From: Alkanindiges sp. WGS2144
GTDB lineage: Bacteria > Pseudomonadota > Gammaproteobacteria > Pseudomonadales > Moraxellaceae
Length of the DNA: 32,000 nucleotides
NCBI RefSeq assembly: GCF_043950625.1
Contig: NZ_CP171007.1
Reading direction: 5' to 3' (one strand)
Program-made: the position numbers and the translations under genes
Shown here: one piece after another, positions 25,058 through 32,000 of the stretch
Position numbering within the stretch: the stretch's first letter is position 1
Layout: every line of letters begins with the position of its first letter
Notes under the pieces: generated by a model
Databases searched by the model: none
What the model saw: the letters and a program-made list of their open reading frames with translations, nothing else
Told to the model about the DNA's origin: nothing

Positions 25058-25095
25058 GTAGCAATTTATAAGCCAGGAACCAGTAAGGCAGAATA

Positions 25096-25416
25096 TTGAG
25101 TATGGATGAAGCAAAAAAGCCTACCGTACTGGTGGCTTATGCGGATCAGGGTGGCCAGTATCTGGTGAGTGTGGACTGGCAGCCCACGCTTACCGCCCAG
25201 CAAGCGCTACAGGCCAGCGGGTTGCTAAGCAAACTACCGCCTGAGCAGCCGCTAGTGGTAGGAGTGTTTGGCGTTAAGGTAGATCAACCAGAAACCTATT
25301 TGCTCCATGCAAATGACCGGCTGGAGATTTACCGGCCTTTAACCCGTGACCCCAAAGAGGTAAGGCGCAAGCGGGCCGAGATTAACCCGGTTGGGCGCTT
25401 TCGGCGTAAACTATAA
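25096..25416 (+). CDS. rnfH: RnfH family ubiquitin-like protein (UPF0125, RatB/YfjF-like)
   Basis: 106-aa ORF ending ...NDRLEIYRPLTRDPKEVRRKRAE..., matching E. coli YfjF ([24 protein letters not shown]). TTG 25096 has AAGG 7 nt upstream. ATG 25102 is the alternative start. Confidence 0.85.
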   Translation: MSMDEAKKPTVLVAYADQGGQYLVSVDWQPTLTAQQALQASGLLSKLPPEQPLVVGVFGVKVDQPETYLLHANDRLEIYRPLTRDPKEVRRKRAEINPVGRFRRKL

Positions 25417-25438
25417 TTTTTATAAAGCGACAAAGCAA

Positions 25439-25467
25439 AATCAGGCTGTATATACGTCAGCCTGATT
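25439..25467. terminator. Bidirectional hairpin between convergent rnfH and bamE
   Basis: AATCAGGCTG-tatatacgt-CAGCCTGATT (10-bp stem), flanked by an A-run on the left and gttt on the right. Confidence 0.55.
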
Positions 25468-25507
25468 GTTTATCAATGCCATAACTGTATAGATACAACA
25501 ACAGTGA

Positions 25508-25906
25508 TTAGAGCGGTGGTGCAGTCAGGATGGCTGCCTTACTGCCCGGCAGGCCAGGCTGGCTTTCTGGCAGGGTGTCCAGACCTTCAATGCGGGTAAC
25601 AATACCCTGATCGTCAAAATAAACCCGTAAATGCTGACCTGAGGTGGCAGGCAATTTGGCCTTGCGTGCATAGGTGCCTGGTATGTAGTTGTAGAGATAA
25701 TCCCAGCGATTGGGGTTTAAGGTGTCGGTAATGGCAGGTGAGCCCAGCAGGAAGCGAACCTGTTGTTGTGTCATTCCGGTTTTAATTTTTGCGGCTTGTG
25801 CCTGAGTCAGCGGGGTACCCTGTGGAACGTCTACTTTATAAACACCCAGCATCGAACAGCCCGAAAAGAGAGTTGAGACAAATAAGGCCAACATGATTTT
25901 TTGCAT
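25508..25906 (-). CDS. bamE: Outer-membrane protein assembly factor BamE (SmpA/OmlA)
   Basis: 132-aa ORF with lipobox LFSGCS, then YKVDVPQGTPLTQAQAAKIKTGMTQQQVRFLLGSP...W.Y. It is divergent from fur, as in Pseudomonas (omlA-fur). Confidence 0.9.
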   Translation of the reverse strand: MQKIMLALFVSTLFSGCSMLGVYKVDVPQGTPLTQAQAAKIKTGMTQQQVRFLLGSPAITDTLNPNRWDYLYNYIPGTYARKAKLPATSGQHLRVYFDDQGIVTRIEGLDTLPESQPGLPGSKAAILTAPPL

Positions 25907-26022
25907 TTTGCTACACTATCCCATTAAATAACGATGCACACGGCGTTGAGGTTGATCATACTTTATTTGTGATTCAATTTCGCGTGGCATATCAACAATA
26001 GATTACATTGAGAGACAGACTT

Positions 26023-26460
26023 ATGGCAATTACCAATCAGGATTTGCGCAAAGCCGGTTTAAAAGTAACTTTGCCACGGATTAAAATTCTGGAACTGCTG
26101 GAAACTTCCACTGATCACCATTTAAGTGCCGAAGAAATCTATAAAACCCTGCTGGAGCAGGGCGAAGACGTCGGCTTGGCTACGGTGTATCGGGTACTGA
26201 CCCAGTTTGAAGCAGCAGGCATTATTGAACGGCATAATTTTGAAAACAACCATTCTGTGTTTGAAATTATGCAGGAAGATCATCATGATCACATGGTATG
26301 CCAAGGCTGTAGTCGCGTTGTAGAGTTTATCAACGACGTGATTGAAGCCGAGCAGCATAAAGTGGCTGAGGAGCTGGGTTTTACCCTTACTGGGCACTCA
26401 CTCAACCTGTATGGCTATTGCAGTAATCCTGAATGTCAGGAGCAGGCCAAAAAGAAGTAA
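26023..26460 (+). CDS. fur: Ferric uptake regulator
   Basis: ORF 26008..26460, started at ATG 26023: MAITNQDLRKAGLKVTLPRIKILELLE...SAEEIYK.L...GEDVGLATVYRVLTQFEAAGII.RHNFE...VFE....HHDHMVC. It is near-colinear with P. aeruginosa and E. coli Fur. Confidence 0.95.
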   Translation: MAITNQDLRKAGLKVTLPRIKILELLETSTDHHLSAEEIYKTLLEQGEDVGLATVYRVLTQFEAAGIIERHNFENNHSVFEIMQEDHHDHMVCQGCSRVVEFINDVIEAEQHKVAEELGFTLTGHSLNLYGYCSNPECQEQAKKK

Positions 26461-26510
26461 CAGGCAACCCATCTGTGGTTTAAAACAGATCAGGTTGCTT
26501 CGTTCGGATT

Positions 26511-26548
26511 AAAAAAAGCGCATCAGTTTAAACCTGCTGCGCTTTTTT
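26511..26548. terminator. Bidirectional rho-independent terminator between convergent fur and pilU
   Basis: AAAAAAA-GCGCATCAG-tttaaac-CTGCTGCGC-TTTTTT: a 9-bp stem with one mismatch, an A-run on one side and a T-run on the other. Confidence 0.75.
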
Positions 26549-26564
26549 GTATTTAATACATGGC

Positions 26565-27689
26565 TTAGTCGCTGTCCTCAATGGCAAGCCCTTTGGTAGC
26601 TTGATCCAGAAAGCGGGTGTCAGCATTCTTGCCTAGTTTGATCATTAAGCGCAGATCGTTGGGCGCATCGGCATGTTTAATGGCATCGTCGTAGGTAATT
26701 TCGCCCGAGGTATACAATTCGTAAAGTGCCTGGTCAAAGGTTTGCATGCCCAGTTCACGTGAGCGCTTCATCACGTTTTTGATTTCATGAATCTCACCTT
26801 TGCGAATATAGTCTGCAACCAGCGGCGTGTTAATCAGTACTTCAATACAGGCTCGCCGTGACTTGCCATCGGGCGTGGGAATTAACTGCTGTGCCACCAG
26901 CCCTTTCAGGTTTAGGGACAAATCCATGTATAACTGGTTATGCCGGTCAGACTCAAAGAAGTGAATAATACGATCCAGCGCCTGGTTGGCGTTATTGGCG
27001 TGCAGGGTTGCTAGTACCAGATGACCAGTTTCGGCAAAGGCAATGGCATAGTCCATCACCTCGCGGGTACGAATCTCACCAATCAGAATCACATCAGGTG
27101 CCTGACGCAAGGTGTTTTTGAGCGCAACCTCAAAGGATTCGGTATCAATGCCGACCTCACGCTGGGTAATAATACAGCCGGCATGTTGGTGCACAAACTC
27201 AATCGGGTCTTCAATGGTAATGATATGCCCGCGTGAATTTTTATTGCGGTGCCCAATCATGGAGGCAAGGGAAGTAGATTTACCAGTCCCGGTCGCACCC
27301 ACAAAGATAATAATGCCACGCTTGGTCATGGCTAAATCTTTAATAATCGTAGGCAGTTTCAGGTCTTCAACCGAGGGGATTTTGGTCTCAATACGACGTA
27401 GCACCATGCCGGGCATATCACGCTGTACAAAGGCACTGACACGGAAGCGGGCAGTTTCGTCCTTGTCGGTAATGGCAAAGTTGCACTCGCGTGTGGTACG
27501 AAATTCCTCTTTTTGCTTGTCCGTCATAATGCTGTTGATGAGCTGACCAACCACTTCCGGACTCAGTGCCGTTTTGGTGACCGGGATAATCTTGCCGTTA
27601 ATTTTCATGGACGGCGCAACGCCAGCGGTGACAAACAGGTCAGAGCCGTTTTTTTCAACCATTAAGCGCAATAAATCATTAAATTCCAT
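26565..27689 (-). CDS. pilU: Type IV pilus retraction ATPase PilU
   Basis: 374-aa ORF MEFNDLLRLMVEKNGSDLFVTAGVAPSMKINGKI... It has Walker A GATGTGKST, and the Asp and His boxes. It is nearly colinear with P. aeruginosa PilU and follows pilT. Confidence 0.93.
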   Translation of the reverse strand: MEFNDLLRLMVEKNGSDLFVTAGVAPSMKINGKIIPVTKTALSPEVVGQLINSIMTDKQKEEFRTTRECNFAITDKDETARFRVSAFVQRDMPGMVLRRIETKIPSVEDLKLPTIIKDLAMTKRGIIIFVGATGTGKSTSLASMIGHRNKNSRGHIITIEDPIEFVHQHAGCIITQREVGIDTESFEVALKNTLRQAPDVILIGEIRTREVMDYAIAFAETGHLVLATLHANNANQALDRIIHFFESDRHNQLYMDLSLNLKGLVAQQLIPTPDGKSRRACIEVLINTPLVADYIRKGEIHEIKNVMKRSRELGMQTFDQALYELYTSGEITYDDAIKHADAPNDLRLMIKLGKNADTRFLDQATKGLAIEDSD

Positions 27690-27719
27690 GTCACATCCTT
27701 ATCGATGCTTAAACGTGTA

Positions 27720-28757
27720 TTAAAGAAAGCTTTCGGGTTGCTTGGCTGCGGTACGTGCCACCGCTGGACTAATGACGCCCTTGGCTACCAGGGTTTTTAA
27801 GCTTTGATCCAGAGTCGTCATGCCATAACCGGCTCCGGTTTGAATGGCAGAGTACATTTGTGCCACCTTGTTTTCCCGGATCAGGTTACGAATAGCCGGA
27901 ATACCAATCATGATTTCATGGGCGGCCACACGACCACCGCCATTTTTCTTGAGTAGTGTTTGGGAGATAACTGCTTGCAGGGATTCTGATAACATGGCAC
28001 GTACCATGTCCTTTTCTTCTGCCGGGAATACGTCAATCACACGGTCAATGGTCTTGGCTGCCGAGGTGGTATGCAGGGTTCCAAATACCAGGTGGCCGGT
28101 TTCCGCCGCAGTCAATGCTAGGCGGATAGTTTCAAGGTCACGCATCTCACCCACCAGAATAATATCCGGGTCTTCACGCAAGGCTGAGCGCAGAGCTTCG
28201 TTAAAACCATGCGTATCGCGATGTACTTCGCGCTGGTTAATCAGGCATTTTTTTGGCGTGTGTACAAACTCAATTGGATCTTCCACTGTCAAAATATGGT
28301 CAAAACGCGTGTTATTAATATAATCCAGCATGGCAGCCAGCGTGGTAGATTTACCTGAACCGGTAGGCCCGGTGACCAGCACAATACCGCGAGGATAGTC
28401 GCTGATATCCTTAAAAATCTGGCCTAAACCCAGATCATCCAGTGTCAGCACTTTGGAGGGAATGGTACGAAACACCGCACCGGCACCACGGTTCTGGTTA
28501 AATGCGTTGACACGGAAACGGGCAATACCGGGCACTTCAAAGGAAAAGTCAGTCTCTAAAAATTCCTCGTAGTCACGGCGCTGCTTGTCATTCATGATGT
28601 CATATACCAGCCGGTGAACTTCCTTATGTTCCATTGCTGGCAAATTAATGCGCCTTACTTCGCCATCTACCCGGATCATGGGCGGTAATCCTGCTGATAA
28701 GTGTAAATCCGATGCCCCATTTTTGGCAGAAAAAGCAAGTAATTCGGTAATATCCAT
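27720..28757 (-). CDS. pilT: Type IV pilus twitching-motility ATPase PilT
   Basis: 345-aa ORF MDITELLAFSAKNGASDLHLSAGLPPMIRVDGEVRRINLP... It has GPTGSGKSTTLAAM and the AIRNLIRE motif. Identity by eye to P. aeruginosa PilT is very high. Confidence 0.97.
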   Translation of the reverse strand: MDITELLAFSAKNGASDLHLSAGLPPMIRVDGEVRRINLPAMEHKEVHRLVYDIMNDKQRRDYEEFLETDFSFEVPGIARFRVNAFNQNRGAGAVFRTIPSKVLTLDDLGLGQIFKDISDYPRGIVLVTGPTGSGKSTTLAAMLDYINNTRFDHILTVEDPIEFVHTPKKCLINQREVHRDTHGFNEALRSALREDPDIILVGEMRDLETIRLALTAAETGHLVFGTLHTTSAAKTIDRVIDVFPAEEKDMVRAMLSESLQAVISQTLLKKNGGGRVAAHEIMIGIPAIRNLIRENKVAQMYSAIQTGAGYGMTTLDQSLKTLVAKGVISPAVARTAAKQPESFL

Positions 28758-28877
28758 GTAAACCTCGTCATGCGTGCAACAAATTGATGGCTAAAATGAC
28801 AGATGATGCAGCAATATAAATGTTTTATGCTGTGTCATCGGGCACATTCCATCGCGTCTTTTGTCTATAGGCAGATC

Positions 28878-29552
28878 ATGACTGATTTTGTATTAAAACG
28901 GCAACATATACTGGGCAAAATTGCATCTGCCTGTGAAAAAAATGCAAGAAAGTTTGAACAGGTTCAGCTTTTGGCGGTTTCCAAGACGCAGCCTGCTGCC
29001 ATACTGCGTGAAATGTATGCAGCCGGTCAGCGTGCCTTTGGTGAAAATTACCTGCAAGAAGCACTGGCCAAGCAAAATGCGCTGGGTGATCTGGATATTG
29101 AGTGGCATTTTATTGGTCATGTGCAGCGTAATAAAACCAAAGCCATTGCCGCGCACTTTGACTGGGTGCATGGTGTGGATCGCCTGATTATTGCCGAGCG
29201 TTTGTCAGTCCAGCGGCCAGAAGATTTTCCTCCTTTAAATATCTGTATTCAGGTCAATATCGACGGGCAGGACAGCAAGGATGGATGTGCACCTTCTGAA
29301 GTGCCTGAGCTGGTTAGACAGATCAGCCAGCTTGCCAATATTCGCTTGCGTGGCCTGATGGTGATACCAAAACCTGACAATACTGCTGCGTTTACGGAAG
29401 CCAGGAACCTGTTTGAACAGGTCAAAAATAAACATGCCCAGCCCGATGAATGGGATACTTTAAGCATGGGCATGTCGGGTGATCTGGAAGCAGCGATTGC
29501 TGCGGGGTCAACGATGGTAAGGGTGGGGACGGCGTTGTTTGGGGCACGGTGA
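28878..29552 (+). CDS. yggS: PLP-binding homeostasis protein YggS (alanine-racemase-fold, PROSC family)
   Basis: ORF 28803..29552, started at ATG 28878: MTDFVLKRQHILGKIASACE...LLAVSKTQPAAILREMYAAGQRAFGENYLQEA...WHFIGHVQRNK...LSMGMSGDLEAAIAAGSTMVRVGTALFGAR. It is divergent from pilT, as in Pseudomonas. Confidence 0.92.
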   Translation: MTDFVLKRQHILGKIASACEKNARKFEQVQLLAVSKTQPAAILREMYAAGQRAFGENYLQEALAKQNALGDLDIEWHFIGHVQRNKTKAIAAHFDWVHGVDRLIIAERLSVQRPEDFPPLNICIQVNIDGQDSKDGCAPSEVPELVRQISQLANIRLRGLMVIPKPDNTAAFTEARNLFEQVKNKHAQPDEWDTLSMGMSGDLEAAIAAGSTMVRVGTALFGAR

Positions 29553-29554
29553 TT

Positions 29555-32000
29555 TTAGCCCACCACTTCAATCAGACTTGCGCCGGAACCCTGCGGAATC
29601 ACCTGAATTTTTGCAGGGATACGTTCGTGCATCTCGCTAATGTGAGAAATCAGGATGACCTTGCGTCCCTGACTTTGCAGGCGATCCAGCGCATCCATGA
29701 CGATATGCAGGGAGTCCTGATCCAGCGTGCCAAAACCTTCGTCAATAAACAGGGTTTCAAGTTTGGTGCTACCAGAGGCCATATTGGCAATGCCTAAAGC
29801 CAGCGCCAAAGACACCAAAAAGCTCTCTCCACCGGATAAAGACAATACAGGCCGTACTTCGTCATTCATGTAGTGATCTACAATGGTTAAGCCAAGCGAA
29901 TCTTCCAGACAGCGCAAAGAATAACGCAGGGTGAGATTGCTCAGTTGCTGATTGGCTAGTTCGACCAGCATTTGCAAATGAAACTGTTGAGCCAGCTTTT
30001 TAAAGGTTGCACCTTTGGCATCGCCAATCAGGCTGGAAATTTTATCCCAGCGGTGATGTTCGGCTTTGGCTTTTTCCAGTTCCGCCAGATCATGAGCAGT
30101 CTGCTTTTGCTGCTGTTCATCCTGCATCTTTTTGAGCTTAAGCGCCGTGCATTGTTCATCCAGCTGGTTTAATAATAGTTTTAATTCTGGTAGCTGTTGT
30201 TGTAGCTCAGGCAGGTCATGCTCAGGCTGATGGTTCAAATGTTGTTGCCACTGCTGCTCGTAAACGCTAAGGGTATTTTGTGCCTGCTGCTGCTGTTGCT
30301 GAAGTTGCTGTAAGTGGGTCTGCAATTGCCGTTTTTGCTCAAAATCAACGGCCAGTAAGCTGCTAATGTGTTGCCTGCCGAAGTGAGGATGTTGTTGCTG
30401 CCATTGTTCGATAGTGCGCTCAACGTGTTGCAGGGATTGCCTGGTTTTTTCTAGTTGCTGTTGAATATGCGCCAGTTGCTGCTGAATGATAATATGTTGT
30501 TTTTCAAAATATTGTTTTTGCTGATCGGTCTGATTCAACAGGTGTTGCTGGTCTTGGCGTTGCTGTTCCAGATGATTTTGCCATTCCTGACTTGAGTGCA
30601 CCGTAAAAGAAGCGGCATAGCTGCTAAATAGCAATTCAAGAGCCTGCTGTCGTTCTTCTTGCTGTGTAAGTTGCTGCTCAAGCTGATGGGTTAAGTCGAC
30701 TTGCTGGCTTTGCTGTTGCTCAATGGCTGCATCAAGTTGTGCCTTGTTGGTCTGGCATTGTTGTAGTTGTTTGTCGAGCTGGCTTAACTGTTTATGGGCA
30801 TCACAGCGCAGCCGGATTTGCTGAGTAAACAATTGCTGTGCCTGTTCAGGCTGTTGTTGCCACTGCTGAATCAAAGCCGGGCTTAAGGAATCAATGAGTT
30901 GCTGCTCCAGGGTAGCTAGCTCCTGACATTTTTCTACCAGTTGCTGATACGCCTTAAACTGCTTTTCCAGCTGTTGCCATTGTTCCAGCTGGTTTTGCTG
31001 TTGTTGGCATTGCTGTTCAAGTATGGTTTTGCCATCAAACAGCTTTTGTTGAATGTCCTTAAGTTGTTGCTGGGCAGCGCTAAGTTCAGTATTACCTTGT
31101 AAACGCTGATAAAACTTGCTGCTGATGCATTCAATCTCATGAAGTGTCGTAGTTTTGTCTTGCTCAAGTTGCTGCTGGTGTTGCGATAGTTGTTCCAGGC
31201 TGGTTTGCAGACGAACCACCTGCTGTTGTAGATCATGCTCCTGCTGTTTTGCCTGTTGCAAAGCGTGTTCTGCCTGTTGCAGCTGTTCATCAATTTGCTG
31301 GTTGAGGGCATCCAGCAGGTTTTTGGGGTCATAAAAAGGATGCCTGGTACTGCCGCACACCATGCAGGGATGCGCTGGCTGCAATTGCTGGCGTAATTCT
31401 TTCACGCTTTGGGCAGTAAACAGGCGCTGTTCCTGCAATAGTTGCTGCGTGGTTTTAAATTGGAGCTCGGCTTGCTGGCAGGTTATTGTAGCCTGCTCAA
31501 GCTGTTGCTTAGCTTTTTCAAGCTGTTGCTGCTGGGCATGTTGCTGCTGTTGCTGATTAAGGCGTTGCTGCTCGATTTTTGTCCATATTTGAATTTGATA
31601 ACTCACCAGTTCACATTTTGAAATCTGGTCTTTTTGTTGCTCCAGTTGCTGGCGGGTGTCACGCTGCTGTTGCTCCAGCGTTTCTATGCTGTCATGTTGC
31701 CCGCATAACTCTGCCAGTGCTTGTGCAAGTTCGGCTAGATGCTGCTGTCGATCGTCCATTGGCTGCGCAAAAATATCCGGTTGTTGTTCTAATAGGATTT
31801 GACGCAGATTGGCTGCTTTTTGAAGAGTTTGTATGGCTGCCTGCGGTTCAGTATCAAAAGCGGCAAAGTCCTGGCTATGCTGAAGTGTCGTCAGCTGTTG
31901 CTGTTGTGTGGTTTGCAGGTGCTCCAGCTGCTGCTGTTGCTGTATGCGCTGATCCAGTTGTGGAGCAAGCAGATTATCCAGTTGATTGAGGCGTTGTTGT
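29555..32000 (-). CDS. sbcC: Exonuclease SbcC (SMC-like ATPase subunit of SbcCD), C-terminal ~815 codons; 5' end lies beyond the window
   Basis: The track ORF is 29555..31759, but the frame stays open upstream to position 32000 (translated by hand: ...QQRLNQLDNLLAPQLDQRIQQQQQLEHLQTT...ILLEQQPDIFAQPMDD...). Zinc-hook motif PCMVCGSTRHPF at ~31355-31366. The C-terminal ABC signature LSGGESFLVSLALALG, Walker B/D-loop LFIDEGFGTLD and H-loop ILISH are present. Confidence 0.9.
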   Translation of the reverse strand, partial: QQRLNQLDNLLAPQLDQRIQQQQQLEHLQTTQQQQLTTLQHSQDFAAFDTEPQAAIQTLQKAANLRQILLEQQPDIFAQPMDDRQQHLAELAQALAELCGQHDSIETLEQQQRDTRQQLEQQKDQISKCELVSYQIQIWTKIEQQRLNQQQQQHAQQQQLEKAKQQLEQATITCQQAELQFKTTQQLLQEQRLFTAQSVKELRQQLQPAHPCMVCGSTRHPFYDPKNLLDALNQQIDEQLQQAEHALQQAKQQEHDLQQQVVRLQTSLEQLSQHQQQLEQDKTTTLHEIECISSKFYQRLQGNTELSAAQQQLKDIQQKLFDGKTILEQQCQQQQNQLEQWQQLEKQFKAYQQLVEKCQELATLEQQLIDSLSPALIQQWQQQPEQAQQLFTQQIRLRCDAHKQLSQLDKQLQQCQTNKAQLDAAIEQQQSQQVDLTHQLEQQLTQQEERQQALELLFSSYAASFTVHSSQEWQNHLEQQRQDQQHLLNQTDQQKQYFEKQHIIIQQQLAHIQQQLEKTRQSLQHVERTIEQWQQQHPHFGRQHISSLLAVDFEQKRQLQTHLQQLQQQQQQAQNTLSVYEQQWQQHLNHQPEHDLPELQQQLPELKLLLNQLDEQCTALKLKKMQDEQQQKQTAHDLAELEKAKAEHHRWDKISSLIGDAKGATFKKLAQQFHLQMLVELANQQLSNLTLRYSLRCLEDSLGLTIVDHYMNDEVRPVLSLSGGESFLVSLALALGIANMASGSTKLETLFIDEGFGTLDQDSLHIVMDALDRLQSQGRKVILISHISEMHERIPAKIQVIPQGSGASLIEVVG

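Noticed and set aside
25907-26022. Fur autoregulatory box upstream of fur (for example ttgatcatactttatttgtgattcaat)
   Set aside because: There are only scattered GAT/ATC fragments. I could not align any 19-mer to the Fur consensus at a convincing level, so no feature is called.
31362-31989. Plus-strand ORFs of 64 aa (Cys-rich, ending ...CCCWACCCCC) and 136 aa opposite sbcC. There are similar shadow ORFs inside sbcC: 29549-29797 (+), 29972-30172 (+), 30235-30423 (-) and 30934-31332 (-).
   Set aside because: They are artefacts of the CAG/CAA (Gln) low-complexity coding tract of sbcC read antisense or in other frames. They have no start context and implausible composition.
1-32000. Window-wide look for a defence island, prophage, integron, toxin-antitoxin pair or secondary-metabolite cluster
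   Set aside because: Every sizeable ORF is accounted for by a housekeeping family in conserved local synteny. There are no integrases, transposases, att-like direct repeats flanking a block, nucleases/ATPases of defence type or cas genes. The only compositional outlier is the short A/T-rich 23.1-23.3 kb intergenic tract.

Overview
This window looks like ordinary core chromosome of a gammaproteobacterium. Its local gene order matches several conserved Pseudomonas-type blocks (recalled from memory), and the Q-rich proteins suggest Pseudomonadales/Moraxellaceae. I call about 33 protein genes. In order they are: secD (partial), yajC, 5-formyl-THF cyclo-ligase, zapA, a coiled-coil ZapA neighbour, ygfB-like, pepP, ubiH, ubiI-like, a small acidic SutA-like protein, panD, pth, rplY, prs, ispE, lolB, a TPR protein, hemA, dnaG, bamD, rluD, pgeF/yfiH, a flavodoxin-like protein, a bacteriohemerythrin, an orphan polytopic membrane protein, rnfH, bamE, fur, pilU, pilT, yggS and sbcC (partial). 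RNA genes missing from the ORF track are a clear 6S RNA (ssrS) between zapA and the cyclo-ligase gene, and two identical tandem tRNA-Gln(UUG) genes. I see no integrase, transposase, CRISPR, toxin-antitoxin, restriction or other defence or mobile hallmarks, and I cannot support a claim of a new multi-gene system. The most unusual thing the gene calls do not explain is a family of mosaic intergenic repeats. They consist of conserved GAGCG(C)AAG-type linkers alternating with hairpins whose stems differ between copies by compensatory changes. They occur at three loci: between prs and tRNA-Gln, inside a pre-tRNA-Gln leader, and at the pth 3' end, where the repeat supplies the last codons and the stop. 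Secondary leads are: a promoter-overlapping Fur-box candidate upstream of the hemerythrin gene, within a three-gene stretch that interrupts conserved blocks; a terminator-like hairpin immediately upstream of rplY; an expanded coiled-coil gene translationally coupled to zapA; and an enlarged DnaG linker. All functional calls rest on by-eye recognition of protein motifs and on synteny. No database search was run.
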